Below are positions 1-12,983 of a stretch of 64,000 nucleotides of DNA, one piece after another. This DNA is from the human T2T-CHM13v2.0 reference genome, Homo sapiens: NCBI RefSeq assembly GCF_009914755.1, contig NC_060942.1; one strand, 5' to 3'. Within the stretch, counting starts at the first letter, position 1, and each line of letters opens with the position of its first letter. A program made the position numbers and the translations under genes. The notes beneath the pieces are model-generated. The model was not told the origin of the DNA and did not search any database. It saw only the letters and a program-made list of their open reading frames with translations.

Positions 1-168
1 TGTTGGAAAAGGAAATATCTTCCCATAACAACTAGACAGAAGCATTCTCAGAAACTTATTTGAGATGTGTGTACTCAACTAAGAGAATTGAACCACCGTT
101 TTGAAGGAGCAGTTTTGAAACACTCTTTTTCTGGAATCTGCAAGTGGATATTTGGCTAGCTTTGGGGA

Positions 169-185
169 TTTCGCTGGAAGCGGGA
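169..185 (+). promoter_or_regulatory. CENP-B box (dimer A variant TTTCGCTGGAAGCGGGA)
   Basis: Matches the essential pattern NTTCGNNNNANNCGGGN and recurs in all 14 A dimers. Confidence 0.9.
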
Positions 186-334
186 ATACATATAAAAAGC
201 ACACAGCAGCGTTCTGAGAAACTGCTTTCTGATGTTTGCATTCAAGTCAAAAGTTGAACACTCCCTTTCATAGAGCAGTCTTGAAACACCCCTTTTGTAG
301 TATCTGGAACTGGACTTTTGGAGCGATTTTAGGG

Positions 335-351
335 CTAAGGTGAAAAAGGAA
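335..351 (+). promoter_or_regulatory. pJ-alpha-like box in the alternate (A-type) monomer
   Basis: CTAAGGTGAAAAAGGAA is one mismatch from CTAYGGTGRAAAAGGAA and sits at the position equivalent to the CENP-B box. It recurs in A and E dimers. Confidence 0.7.
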
Positions 352-505
352 ATATCTTCCCATAAAAACTGGACAGAAGCATTCTCAGAAACTTGTTTAT
401 GCTGTATCTACTCAACTAACAAAGTTGAACCTTTCTTTTGATAGAGCAGTTTTGAAATGGTCTTTTTGTGGAATCTGCAAGTGGATATTTGGCTAGTTTT
501 GACGA

Positions 506-522
506 TTTCGTTGGAAGCGGGA
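506..522 (+). promoter_or_regulatory. CENP-B box (dimer B, canonical TTTCGTTGGAAGCGGGA)
   Basis: Exact match to YTTCGTTGGAARCGGGA. Confidence 0.95.
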
Positions 523-843
523 ATTCATACAAATTGCAGACTGCAGCGTTCTGAGAAACATCTTTGTGATGTTTGTATTCAGGACACAGAGTTGAACATT
601 CCCTGTCCTAGAGCAGGTTGGAATCACTCCTTTTGTAGTATCTGGAAGTGGACATTTGGAGCGCTTTCAGGCCTATTTTGGAAAGGGAAATATCTTCCCA
701 TAACAACTATGCAGAAGCATTCTCAGAAACTTGTTTGTGATGTGTGCCCTCTACTGACAGATTTGAACCTTTCTTTTCATAGAGCAGTTTTGAAACACTC
801 TTTTTGTAGAATCTGCAAGAGGATATTTGCATAGCTTTGAGGA

Positions 844-860
844 TTTCGTGGGAAACGGGA
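844..860 (+). promoter_or_regulatory. CENP-B box (dimer C variant TTTCGTGGGAAACGGGA)
   Basis: All nine essential bases are retained. Confidence 0.9.
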
Positions 861-1527
861 TTGTCTTCAGGTAAAATCTAGACAGAAGGATTCTCAGAAA
901 CTTCTTTGGGATGTTTGCATTCAAGTCACAGAGTAGAACATTCCCTTTGGTAGAGCAGGTTTCAAACACTCTTTTTGTAGTATCTGGAAGTGGACATATG
1001 GAGCGCTTTCAGGCTCATGTTGGAAAGGGAAATATCTTCCCGTAACAACTAGGCAGAAGCATTCTCAGAAACTTATTTGAGATGTGTGTACTCAACTAAG
1101 AGAATTGAACCACCGTTTTGAAGGAGCAGTTTTGAAACACTCTTTTTCTGGATTCTGCAAGAATATATTTGCCTAGCCTTGAGGATTTCGTTGGAAACTG
1201 GATTGTCTTCAGATAAAATCTAGACAGAAGCATTCTCAGAAACTTCTTTGGGATGTTTGCATTCAAGTCACAGAGTAGAACATTCTCTTTGGTAGAGCAG
1301 GTTTGAAACAATCTTTTTTTAGTATATGGAAGTGGACATTTGGAGCGCTTTCAGGCCTACGTTGGAGAAGGAAATATCTTCCCATAACAACTAGACCGAA
1401 GCATTCTCAGAAACTAGTTTCTGATGTGTGTCCTCAACTAACACAGTTGTACATTTCTTTAGACAGAACAGTTATGAAACACTCTTTTTGTGGAATCTGC
1501 AAGTGGATATTTGGCTAGATTTGAGGA

Positions 1528-1544
1528 TTTCGTTGGAAACGGGA
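1528..1544 (+). promoter_or_regulatory. CENP-B box (dimer E, canonical TTTCGTTGGAAACGGGA)
   Basis: Exact consensus match. The same motif occurs in most D dimers, for example 2546-2562. Confidence 0.95.
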
Positions 1545-1865
1545 TTACATATAAAAAGCAGTCAGCAGCATTCTCAGATAGTTCTTTGTGATGATTGCAT
1601 TCAAGTCACAGAATTGAAAATTCCCTTTCACAGAGCAGGTTTGAAACACTCTTTTTGTAGTGTGTGTAAGTGGACATTTGGAGCGCTTTCTGGCCTAAGG
1701 TGAAAAAGGAAATATCTTCCCATAAAAACTAGACAGAAGCATTCTCAGAAACTTACTCGTGATGTGTGTCCTCAACTAAAGGAGTAGAACCTTTCTTTTC
1801 ATAGAGAAGTTTTGAAACGCTCTTTTTGTGGAATCTGCAAGTGGACATTTGGCTAGTTTTGAGGA

Positions 1866-1882
1866 TTTCGTTGGAAGCGGGA
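1866..1882 (+). promoter_or_regulatory. CENP-B box (dimer F, canonical TTTCGTTGGAAGCGGGA)
   Basis: Exact consensus match, overlapping an EcoRI site (GAATTC). Confidence 0.95.
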
Positions 1883-2113
1883 ATTCATACAAATTGCAGA
1901 CTGCAGCGTTCTGAGAAACATCTTTGTGATGTTTGTATTCAGGACACAGAGATGAACATTCCCTATCATAGAGCAGGTTTGAATCACTCCTTTTGTAGTA
2001 TCTGGAAGTGGACATTTGGAGCGCTTTCAGGCCTATGTTGAAAAAGGAAATATCTTCCCATAACAACTAGACACAAGCATTCTCAGAAACTTGTTTGTGA
2101 TGTGTGCCCTCTA

Positions 2114-5100
2114 CTGACAGAGTTGAACCTTTCTTTTCATAGAGCAGTTTTGAAACACTCTTTTTGTAGAATCTGCAAGAGGATATTTGCATAGCTTTGA
2201 GGATTTCGTGGGAAACGGGATTGTCTTCAGGTAAAATCTAGACAGAAGCATTCTCAGAAACTTCTTTGGGATGTTTGCATTCAAGTCACAGAGTAGAACA
2301 TTCCCTTTGGTAGAGCAGGTTTGAAACCCTCTTTTTGTAGTATCTGGAAGTGGACATTTGGAGCACTTTCAGGCCCATGTTGGAAAGGGAAATATCTTTC
2401 CGTAACAACTAGGCAGAAGCATTCTCAGAAACTTATTTGAGATGTGTGTACTCAACTAAGAGAATTGAACCACCGTTTTGAAGGAGGAGTTTTGAAACAC
2501 TCTTTTTCTGGAATCTGCAAGAGTATATTTGCCTAGCCTTGAGGATTTCGTTGGAAACGGGATTGTCTTCAGATAAAATCTAGACAGAAGCATTCTCAGA
2601 AACTTCTTTGGGATGTTTGCATTCAAGTCACAGAGTAGAACATTCCCTTTGGTAGAGCAGGTTTGAAACACTCTTTTTTTAGTATATGGAAGTGGACATT
2701 TGGAGCGCTTTCAGGCCTACGTTGGAAAAGGAAATATCTTCCCATAACAACTAGACAGAAGCATTCTCAGAAACTAGTTTCTGATGTGTGTCCTCAACTA
2801 ACACAGTTGAACTTTTCTTTACACAGAACAGTTTTGAAACACTCTTTTTGTGGAATCTGCAAGTGGATATTTGGCTAGATTTGAGGATTTCGTTGGAAAC
2901 GGGATTACATATAAAAAGCAGACAGCAGCATTCTCAGAAAGTTCTTTGTGATGATTGCATTCAAGTCACAGAATTGAACATTCCCTTTCACAGAGCAGGT
3001 TTGAAACACTCTTTTTGTAGTGTGTGTAAGTGGACATTTGGAGCGCTTTCCGGCCTAAGGTGAAAAAAGAAATATCTTCCCATAAAAACTAGACAGAAGC
3101 ATTCTCAGAAACTTACTCGTGATGTGTGTCCTCAACTAAAGGAGTAGAACCTCTCTTTTCATAGAGAAGTTTTGAAACGCTCTTTTTGTGGAATCTGCAA
3201 GTGGATATTTGCCTAGTTTTGAGGATTTCGTTGGAAGCGGGAATTCATACAAATTGCAGACTGCAGCGTTCTGAGAAACATATTTGTGATGTTTGTATTC
3301 AGGACACAGAGATGAACATTCCCTATCATAGAGCAGGTTGGAATCACTCCTTTTGTAGTATCTGGAAGTGGACATTTGGAGCGCTTTCAGGCCTATGTTG
3401 AAAAAGGAAATATCTTCCCATAACAACTAGACACAAGCATTCTCAGAAACTTGTTTGTGATGTGTGCCCTCTACTGACAGAGTTGAACCTTTCTTTTCAT
3501 AGAGCAGTTTTGAAACACTCTTTTTGTAGAATCTGCAAAAGGATATTTGCATAGCTTTGAGGATTTCGTGGGAAACGGGATTGTCTTCAGGTAAAATCTA
3601 GACAGAAGCATTCTCAGAAACTTCTCTGGGATGTTTGCATTCAAGTCACACAGTAGAACATTCCCTTTGGTAGAGCAGGTTTGAAACACTCTTTTTGTAG
3701 TATCTGGAAGTGGACATTTGGAGCGCTTTCAGGCCCATGTTGGAAAGGGAAATATCTTCCCGTAACAACTAGGCAGAAGCATTCTCAGAAACATATTTGA
3801 GATGTGTGTACTCAACTAAGAGAATTGAACCACCGTTTTGAAGGAGCAGTTTTGAAACACTCTTTTTCTGGAATCTGCAAGAGTATATTTGCCTAGCCTT
3901 GAGGATTTCGTTGGAAACGGGATTGTCTTCAGATAAAATCTAGACAGAAGCATTCTCAGAAACTTCTTTGGGATGTTTGCATTCAAGTCACAGAGTAGAA
4001 CATTCCCTTTGGTAGAGCAGGTTTGAAACAATCTTTTTTTAGTATATGGAAGTGGACATTTGGAGCGCTTTCAGGCCTACGTTGGAGAAGGAAATATCTT
4101 CCCATAACAACTAGACCGAAGCATTCTCAGAAACTAGTTTCTGATGTGTGTCCTCAACTAACACAGTTGTACATTTCTTTAGACAGAACAGTTATGAAAC
4201 ACTCTTTTTGTGGAATCTGCAAGTGGATATTTGGCTAGATTTGAGGATTTCGTTGGAAACGGGATTACATATAAAAAGCAGTCAGCAGCATTCTCAGATA
4301 GTTCTTTGTGATGATTGCATTCAAGTCACAGAATTGAAAATTCCCTTTCACAGAGCAGGTTTGAAACACTCTTTTTGTAGTGTGTGTAAGTGGACATTTG
4401 GAGCGCTTTCTGGCCTAAGGTGAAAAAGGAAATATCTTCCCATAAAAACTAGACAGAAGCATTCTCAGAAACTTACTCGTGATGTGTGTCCTCAACTAAA
4501 GGAGTAGAACCTTTCTTTTCATAGAGAAGTTTTGAAACGCTCTTTTTGTGGAATCTGCAAGTGGACATTTGGCTAGTTTTGAGGATTTCGTTGGAAGCGG
4601 GAATTCATACAAATTGCAGACTGCAGCGTTCTGAGAAACATCTTTGTGATGTTTGTATTCAGGACACAGAGATGAACATTCCCTATCATAGAGCAGGTTG
4701 GAATCACTCCTTTTGTAGTATCTGGAAGTGGACATTTGGAGCGCTTTCAGGCCTATGTTGAAAAAGGAAATATCTTCCCATAACAACTAGACACAAGCAT
4801 TCTCAGAAACTTGTTTGTGATGTGTGCCCTCTACTGACAGAGTTGAACCTTTCTTTTCATAGAGCAGTTTTGAAACACTCTTTTTGTAGAATCTGCAAGA
4901 GGATATTTGCATAGCTTTGAGGATTTCGTGGGAAACGGGATTGTCTTCAGGTAAAATCTAGACAGAAGCATTCTCAGAAACTTCTTTGGGATGTTTGCAT
5001 TCAAGTCACAGAGTAGAACATTCCCTTTGGTAGAGCAGGTTTGAAACCCTCTTTTTGTAGTATCTGGAAGTGGACATTTGGAGCACTTTCAGGCCCATGT

Positions 5101-7553
5101 TGGAAAGGGAAATATCTTCCCGTAACAACTAGGCAGAAGCATTCTCAGAAACTTATTTGAGATGTGTGTACTCAACTAAGAGAATTGAACCACCGTTTTG
5201 AAGGAGCAGTTTTGAAACACTCTTTTTCTGGAATCTGCAAGAGTATATTTGCCTAGCCTTGAGGATTTCGTTGGAAACGGGATTGTCTTCAGATAAAATC
5301 TAGACAGAAGCATTCTCAGAAACTTCTTTGGGATGTTTGCATTCAAGTCACAGAGTAGAACATTCCCTTTGGTAGAGCAGGTTTGAAACACTCTTTTTTT
5401 AGTATATGGAAGTGGACATTTGGAGCGCTTTCAGGCCTACGTTGGAAAAGGAAATATCTTCCCATAACAACTAGACAGAAGCATTCTCAGAAACTAGTTT
5501 CTGATGTGTGTCCTCAACTAACACAGTTGAACTTTTCTTTAGACAGAACAGTTTTGAAACACTCTTTTTGTGGAATCTGCAAGTGGATATTTGGCTAGAT
5601 TTGAGGATTTCGTTGGAAACGGGATTACATATAAAAAGCAGACAGCAGCATTCTCAGAAAGTTCTTTGTGATGATTGCATTCAAGTCACAGAATTGAACA
5701 TTCCCTTTCACAGAGCAGGTTTGAAACACTCTTTTTGTAGTGTGTGTAAGTGGACATTTGGAGCGCTTTCCGGCCTAAGGTGAAAAAGGAAATATCTTCC
5801 CATAAAAACTAGACAGAAGCATTCTCAGAAACTTACTCGTGATGTGTGTCCTCAACTAAAGGAGTAGAACCTTTCTATTCATAGAGAAGTTTTCAAACGC
5901 TCTTTTTGTGGAATCTCCAAGTGGATATTTGGCTAGTTTTGAGGATTTCGTTGGAAGCGGGAATTCATACAAATTGCAGACTGCAGCGTTATGAGAAACA
6001 TCTTTGTGATGTTTGTATTCAGGACACAGAGATGAACATTCCCTATCATAGAGCAGGTTGGAATCACTCCTTTTGTAGTATCTGGAAGTGGACATTTGGA
6101 GCGCTTTCAGGCCTATGTTGAAAAAGGAAATATCTTCCCATAACAACTAGACACAAGTATTCTCAGAAACTTGTTTGTGATGTGTGCCCTCTACTGACAG
6201 AGTTGAACCTTTCTTTTCATAGAGCAGTTTTGAAACACTCTTTTTGTAGAATCTGCAAGAGGATATTTGCATAGCTTTGAGGATTTCGTGGGAAACGGGA
6301 TTGTCTTCAGGTAAAATCTAGACAGAAGCATTCTCAGAAACTTCTTTGGGATGTTTGCATTCAAGTCACAGAGTAGAACATTCCCTTTGGTAGAGCAGGT
6401 TTGAAACACTCTTTTTGTAGTATCTGGAAGTGGACATTTGGAGCGCGTTCAGGCCCATGTTGGAAAGGGAAATATCTTCCCGTAACAACTAGGCAGAAGC
6501 ATTCTCAGAAACTTATTTGAGATGTGTGTACTCAACTAAGAGAATTGAACCACCGTTTTGAAGGAGCAGTTTTGAAACACTCTTTTTCTGGATTCTGCAA
6601 GAATATATTTGCCTAGCCTTGAGGATTTCGTTGGAAACGGGATTGTCTTCAGATAAAATCTAGACAGAAGCATTCTCAGAAACTTCTTTGGGATGTTTGC
6701 ATTCAAGTCACAGAGTAGAACATTCTCTTTGGTAGAGCAGGTTTGAAACACTCTTTTTTTAGTATATGGAAGTGGACATTTGGAGCGCTTTCAGGCCTAC
6801 TTTGGAAAAGGAAATATCTTCCCATAACAACTAGACAGAAGCATTCTCAGAAACTAGTTTCTGATGTGTGTCCTCAACTAACACAGTTGTACATTTCTTT
6901 AGACAGAACAGTTTTGAAACACTCTTTTTGTGGAATCTGCAAGTGGATATTTGGCTAGATTTGAGGATTTCGTTGGAAACGGGATTACATATAAAAAGCA
7001 GTCAGCAGCATTCTCAGAAAGTTCTTTGTGATGATTGTATTCAAGTCACAGAATTGAACATTCCCTTTCACAGAGCAGGTTTGAAACACACTTTTTGTAG
7101 TATGTGTAAGTGGACATTTGGAGCGCTTTCCGGCCTAAGGTGAAAAAGGAAATATCTTCCCATAAAAACTAGACAGAAGCATTCTCAGAAACTTACTCGT
7201 GATGTGTGTCCTCAACTAAAGGAGTAGAACCTTTCTTTTCATAGAGAAGTTTTGAAACCCTCTTTTTGTGGAATCTGCAAGTGGATATTTGGCTAGTTTT
7301 GAGGATTTCGTTGGAAGCGGGAATTCATACAAATTGCAGACTGCAGCGTTCTGAGAAACATCTTTGTGATGTTTGTATTCAGGACACAGAGTTGAACATT
7401 CCCTATCATAGAGCAGGTTTGAATCACTCCTTTTGTAGTATCTGGAAGTGGAAATTTGGAGCGCTTTCAGGCCTATGTTGGAAAAGGAAATATCTTCCCA
7501 TAACAACTAGACAGAAGCATTCTCAGAAACTTATTTGAGATGTGTGTACTCAA
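2114..7553 (+). repeat. Run of four 8-mer HORs (CDEF, 1360 bp)
   Basis: D dimers at 2456, 3816, 5176 and 6536; F dimers at 3136, 4496, 5856 and 7216. Confidence 0.93.
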
Positions 7554-10500
7554 CTAAGAGAATTGAACCACCGTTTTGAAGGAGCAGTTTTGAAACACTC
7601 TTTTTCTGGAATCTGCAAGTGGATATTTGGCTAGCTTTGGGGATTTCGCTGGAAGCGGGAATACATATAAAAAGCACACAGCAGCGTTCTGAGAAACTGC
7701 TTTCTGATGTTTGCATTCAAGTCAAAAGTTGAACACTCCCTTTCATAGAGCAGTCTTGAAACACCCCTTTTGTAGTATCTGGAACTGGACTTTTGGGGCG
7801 CTTTCAGGGCTAAGGTGAAAAAGGAAATATCTTCCCATAAAAACTGGACAGAAGCATTCTCAGAAACTTGTTTATGCTGTATCTACTCAACTAACAAAGT
7901 TGAACCTTTCTTTTGATAGAGCAGTTTTGAAATGGTCTTTTTGTGGAATCTGCAAGTGGATATTTGGCTAGTTTTGAGGATTTCGTTGGAAGCGGGAATT
8001 CATACAAATTGCAGACTGCAGCGTTCTGAGAAACATCTTTGTGATGTTTGTATTCAGGACACAGAGTTGAACATTCCCTATCATAGAGCAGGTTGGAATC
8101 ACTCCTTTTGTAGTATCTGGAAGTGGACATTTGGAGCGCTTTCAGGCCTATGTTAAAAAAGGAAATATCTTCCCATAACAACTAGACACAAGCATTCTCA
8201 GAAACTTGTTTGTGATGTGTGCCCTCTACTGACAGAGTTGAACCTTTCTTTTCATAGAGCAGTTTTGAAACACTCTTTTTGTAGAATCTGCAAGAGGATA
8301 TTTGCATAGCTTTGAGGATTTCGTGGGAAACGGGATTGTCTTCAGGTAAAATCTAGACAGAAGCATTCTCAGAAACTTCTTTGGGATGTTTGCATTCAAG
8401 TCACAGAGTAGAACATTCCCTTTGGTAGAGCAGGTTTGAAACACTCTTTTTGTAGTATCTGGAAGTGGACATTTGGAGCGCTTTCGGGCCCATGATGGAA
8501 AGGGAAATATCTTCCCGTAACAACTAGGCAGAAGCATTCTCAGAAACTTATTTGAGATGTGTGTACTCAACTAAGAGAATTGAACCACCGTTTTGAAGGA
8601 GCAGTTTTGAAACACTCTTTTTCTGGAATCTGCAAGAGTATATCTTCCTAGCTTTGTGGAATTCGTTGGAAACGGGATTGTCTTCAGATAAAATCTAGAC
8701 AGAAGCATTCTCAGAAACTTCTTTGGGATGTTTGCATTCAAGTCACAGAGTAGAACATTCCCTTTGGTAGAGCAGGTTTGAAACACTCTTTTTTTAGTAT
8801 ATGGAAGTGGACATTTTGATCGCTTTCAGGCCTACGTTGGAAAAGGAAATATCTTCCCATAACAACTAGACAGAAGCATTCTCAGAAACTAGTTTCTGAT
8901 GTGTGTCCTCAACTAACACAGTTGAACATTTCTTTAGACAGAACAGTTTTGAAACACTCTTTTTGTGGAATCTGCAAGTGGCTATTTGGCTAGATTTGAG
9001 GATTTCGTTGGAAACGGGATTACATATAAAAAGCAGTCAGCAGCATTCTCAGAAAGTTCTTTGTGATGATTGCATTCAAGTCACAGAATTGAACATTCCC
9101 TTTCACAGAGCAGGTTTGAAACACTCTTTTTGTAGTGTGTGTAAGTGGACATTTGGAGCACTTACCGGCCTAAGGTGAAAAAGGAAATATCTTCCCATAA
9201 AAACTAGACAGAAGCATTCTCAGAAACTTACTCGTGATGTGTGTCCTCAACTAAAGGAGTAGAACCTTTCTTTTCATAGAGAAGTTTTGAAACGCTCTTT
9301 TTGTGGAATCTGCAAGTGGATATTTGGCTAGTTTTGAGGATTTCGTTGGAAGCGGGAATTCATACAAATTGCAGACTGCAGCGTTCTGAGAAACATCGTT
9401 GTGATGTTTGTATTCAGGACACAGAGTTGAACATTCCCTATCATAGAGCAGGTTTGAATCACTCCTTTTGTAGTATCTGGAAGTGGACATTTGGAGCGCT
9501 TTCAGGCCTATGTTGGAAAAGGAAATATCTTCCCATAACAACTAGACAGAAGCATTCTCAGAAACTTATTTGAGATGTGTGTACTCAACTAAGAGAATTG
9601 AACCACCGTTTTGAAGGAGCAGTTTTGAAACACTCTTTTTCTGGAATCTGCAAGTGGATATTTGGCTAGCTTTGGGGATTTCGCTGGAAGCGGGAATACA
9701 TATAAAAAGCACACAGCAGCGTTCTGAGAAACTGCTTTCTGATGTTTGCATTCAAGTCAAAAGTTGAACACTCCCTTTCATAGAGCAGTCTTGAAACACC
9801 CCTTTTGTAGTATCTGGAACTGGACTTTTGGAGCGATTTTAGGGCTAAGGTGAAAAAGGAAATATCTTCCCATAAAAACTGGACAGAAGCATTCTCAGAA
9901 ACTTGTTTATGCTGTATCTACTCAACTAACAAAGTTGAACCTTTCTTTTGATAGAGCAGTTTTGAAATGGTCTTTTTGTGGAATCTGCAAGTGGATATTT
10001 GGCTAGTTTTGACGATTTCGTTGGAAGCGGGAATTCATACAAATTGCAGACTGCAGCGTTCTGAGAAACATCTTTGTGATGTTTGTATTCAGGACACAGA
10101 GTTGAACATTCCCTATCATAGAGCAGGTTGGAATCACTCCTTTTGTAGTATCTGGAAGTGGACATTTGGAGCGCTTTCAGGCCTATGTTGAAAAAGGAAA
10201 TATCTTCCCATAACAACTAGACACAAGCATTCTCAGAAACTTGTTTGTGATGTGTGCCCTCTACTGACAGAGTTGAACCTTTCTTTTCATAGAGCAGTTT
10301 TGAAACACTCTTTTTGTAGAATCTGCAAGAGGATATTTGCATAGCTTTGAGGATTTCGTGGGAAACGGGATTGTCTTCAGGTAAAATCTAGACAGAAGCA
10401 TTCTCAGAAACTTCTTTGGGATGTTTGCATTCAAGTCACAGAGTAGAACATTCCCTTTGGTAGAGCAGGTTTCAAACACTCTTTTTGTAGTATCTGGAAG

Positions 10501-11623
10501 TGGACATTTGAAGCGCTTTCAGGCCTATGTTGGAAAGGGAAATATCTTCCCGTAACAACTAGGCAGAAGCATTCTCAGAAACTTATTTGAGATGTGTGTA
10601 CTCAACTAAGAGAATTGAACCACCGTTTTGAAGGCGCAGTTTTGAAACACTCTTTTTCTGGAATCTGCAAGAGTATATTTGCCTAGCCTTGACGATTTCG
10701 TTGGAAACGTGGTTGTCTTCAGATAAAATCTAGACAGAAGCATTCTCAGAAACTTCTTTGGGATGTTTGCATTCAAGTCACAGAGTAGAACATTCCCTTT
10801 GGTAGAGCAGGTTTGAAACACTCTTTTTTTAGTATATGGAAGTGGACATTTTGATCGCTTTCAGGCCTACGTTGGAAAAGGAAATATCTTCCCATAACGA
10901 CTAGACAGAAGCATTCTCAGAAACTAGTTTCTGATGTGTGTCCTCAACTAACACAGTTGAACATTTCCTTAGACAGAACAGTTTTGAAACACTCTTTTTG
11001 TGGAATCTGCAAGTGGCTATTTGGCTAGATTTGAGGATTTCTTTGGAAACGGGATTACATATAAAAAGCAGTCAGCAGCATTCTCAGAAAGTTCTTTGTG
11101 ATGATTGCATTCAAGTCACAGAATTGAACATTCCCTTTCACAGAGCAGGTTTGAAACACTCTTTTTGTAGTGTGTGTAAGTGGACATTTGGAGCGCTTTC
11201 CGGCCTAAGGTGAAAAAGGAAATATCTTCCCATAGAAACTAGAGAGAAGCATTCTCAGAAACTTACTCGTGATGTGTGTCCTCAACTAAAGGAGTAGAAC
11301 CTTTCTATTCATAGAGAAGTTTTGAAACGCTCTTTTTGTGGAATCTCCAAGTGGATATTTGGCTAGTTTTGAGGATTTCGTTGGAAGCGGGAATTCATAC
11401 AAATTGCAGACTGCAGCGTTCTGAGAAACATCTTTGTGATGTTTGTATTCAGGACACAGAGATGAACATTCCCTATCATAGAGCAGGTTGGAATCACTCC
11501 TTTTGTAGTATCTGGAAGTGGACATTTGGAGCGCTTTCAGGCCTATGTTGAAAAAGGAAATATCTTCCCATAACAACTAGACACAAGCATTCTCAGAAAC
11601 TTGTTTGTGATGTGTGCCCTCTA
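7554..11623 (+). repeat. Two tandem 12-mer HORs
   Basis: A dimers at 7554 and 9589, B dimers at 7891 and 9926, each followed by CDEF. Confidence 0.92.
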
Positions 11624-12983
11624 CTGACAGAGTTGAACCTTTCTTTTCATAGAGCAGTTTTGAAACACTCTTTTTGTAGAATCTGCAAGAGGATATTTGC
11701 ATAGCTTTGAGGATTTCGTGGGAAACGGGATTGCCTTCAGGTAAAATCTAGACAGAAGCATTCTCAGAAACTTCTTTGGGATGTTTGCATTCAAGTCACA
11801 GAGTAGAACACTCCCTTTGTTAGAGCAGGTTTGAAACCCTCCTTTTGTAGTATCTGGAAGTGGACATTTGGAGCGCTTTCAGGCCCATGTTGGAAAGGGA
11901 AATATCTTCCCGTAACAACTAGGCAGAAGCATTCTCAGAAACTTATTTGAGATGTGTGTACTCAACTAAGAGAATTGAACCACCGTTTTGAAGGCGCAGT
12001 TTTGAAACACTCTTTTTCTGGAATCTGCAAGAGTATATTTGCCTAGCCTTGAGGATTTCGTTGGAAACGGGATTGTCTTCAGATAAAATCTAGACAGAAG
12101 CATTCTCAGAAACTTCTTTGGGATGTTTGCATTCAAGTCACAGAGTAGAACATTCCCTTTGGTAGAGCAGGTTGGAAACACTCTTTTTTTAGTATATGGA
12201 AGTGGACATTTGGAGCGCTTTCAGGCCTACGTTGGAAAAGGAAATATCTTCCCATAACAACTAAACAGAAGCATTCTCAGAAACTAGTTTCTGATGTGTT
12301 TCCTCAACTAACACAGTTGAACTTTTCTTTAGACAAAACAGTTTTGAAACACTCTTTTTGTGGAATCTGCAAGTGGCTATTTGGCTAGATTTGAGGATTT
12401 CGTTGGAAACGGGATTACATATAAAAAGCAGTCAGCAGCATTCTCAGAAAGTTCTTTGTGATGATTGCATTCAAGTCACAGAATTGAACATTCCCTTTCA
12501 CAGAGCAGGTTTGAAACACTCTTTTTGTAGTGTGTGTAAGTGGACATTTGGAGCACTTACCGGCCTAAGGTGAAAAAGGAAATATCTTCCCATAAAAACT
12601 AGACAGAAGCATTCTCAGAAACTTACTCGTGATGTGTGTCCTCAACTAAAGTAGTAGAACCTTTCTTTTCATAGAGAAGTTTTGAAACGCTCTTTTTGTG
12701 GAATCTGCAAGTGGATATTTGGCTAGTTTTGAGGATTTCGTTGGAAGCGGGAATTCATACAAATTGCAGACTGCAGCGTTCTGAGAAACATCTTTGTGAT
12801 GTTTGTATTCAGGACACAGAGTTGAACATGCCCTATCATAGAGCAGGTTTGAATCACTCCTTTTGTAGTATCTGGAAGTGGACATTTGGAGCGCTTTCAG
12901 GCCTATGTTGGAAAAGGAAATATCTTCCCATAACAACTAGACAGAAGCATTCTCAGAAACTTATTTGAGACGTGTCTACTCAA

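Larger units (their letters stand above)
79..2113 (+). repeat. Full 12-mer HOR (ABCDEF, 2035 bp); other copies start at 7554, 9589, 24178 and 33337
   Basis: Equivalent dimer starts are at 79 (A), 416 (B), 754 (C), 1096 (D), 1438 (E) and 1776 (F). The ORF track repeats at 7531 and 9566, an offset of 2035. Confidence 0.92.

Noticed and set aside
45-53. Short dyad TTCTCAGAA in most monomers (possible cruciform, STAT-like or HSF-like site)
   Set aside because: It is a generic, known alpha-satellite feature with only a 4 bp arm, and there is no window-specific evidence of function.
188-198. TATA-like ACATATAAAAA after A and E boxes as a promoter
   Set aside because: It is an AT-rich satellite motif repeated dozens of times. 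Sequence alone gives no support for transcription initiation.
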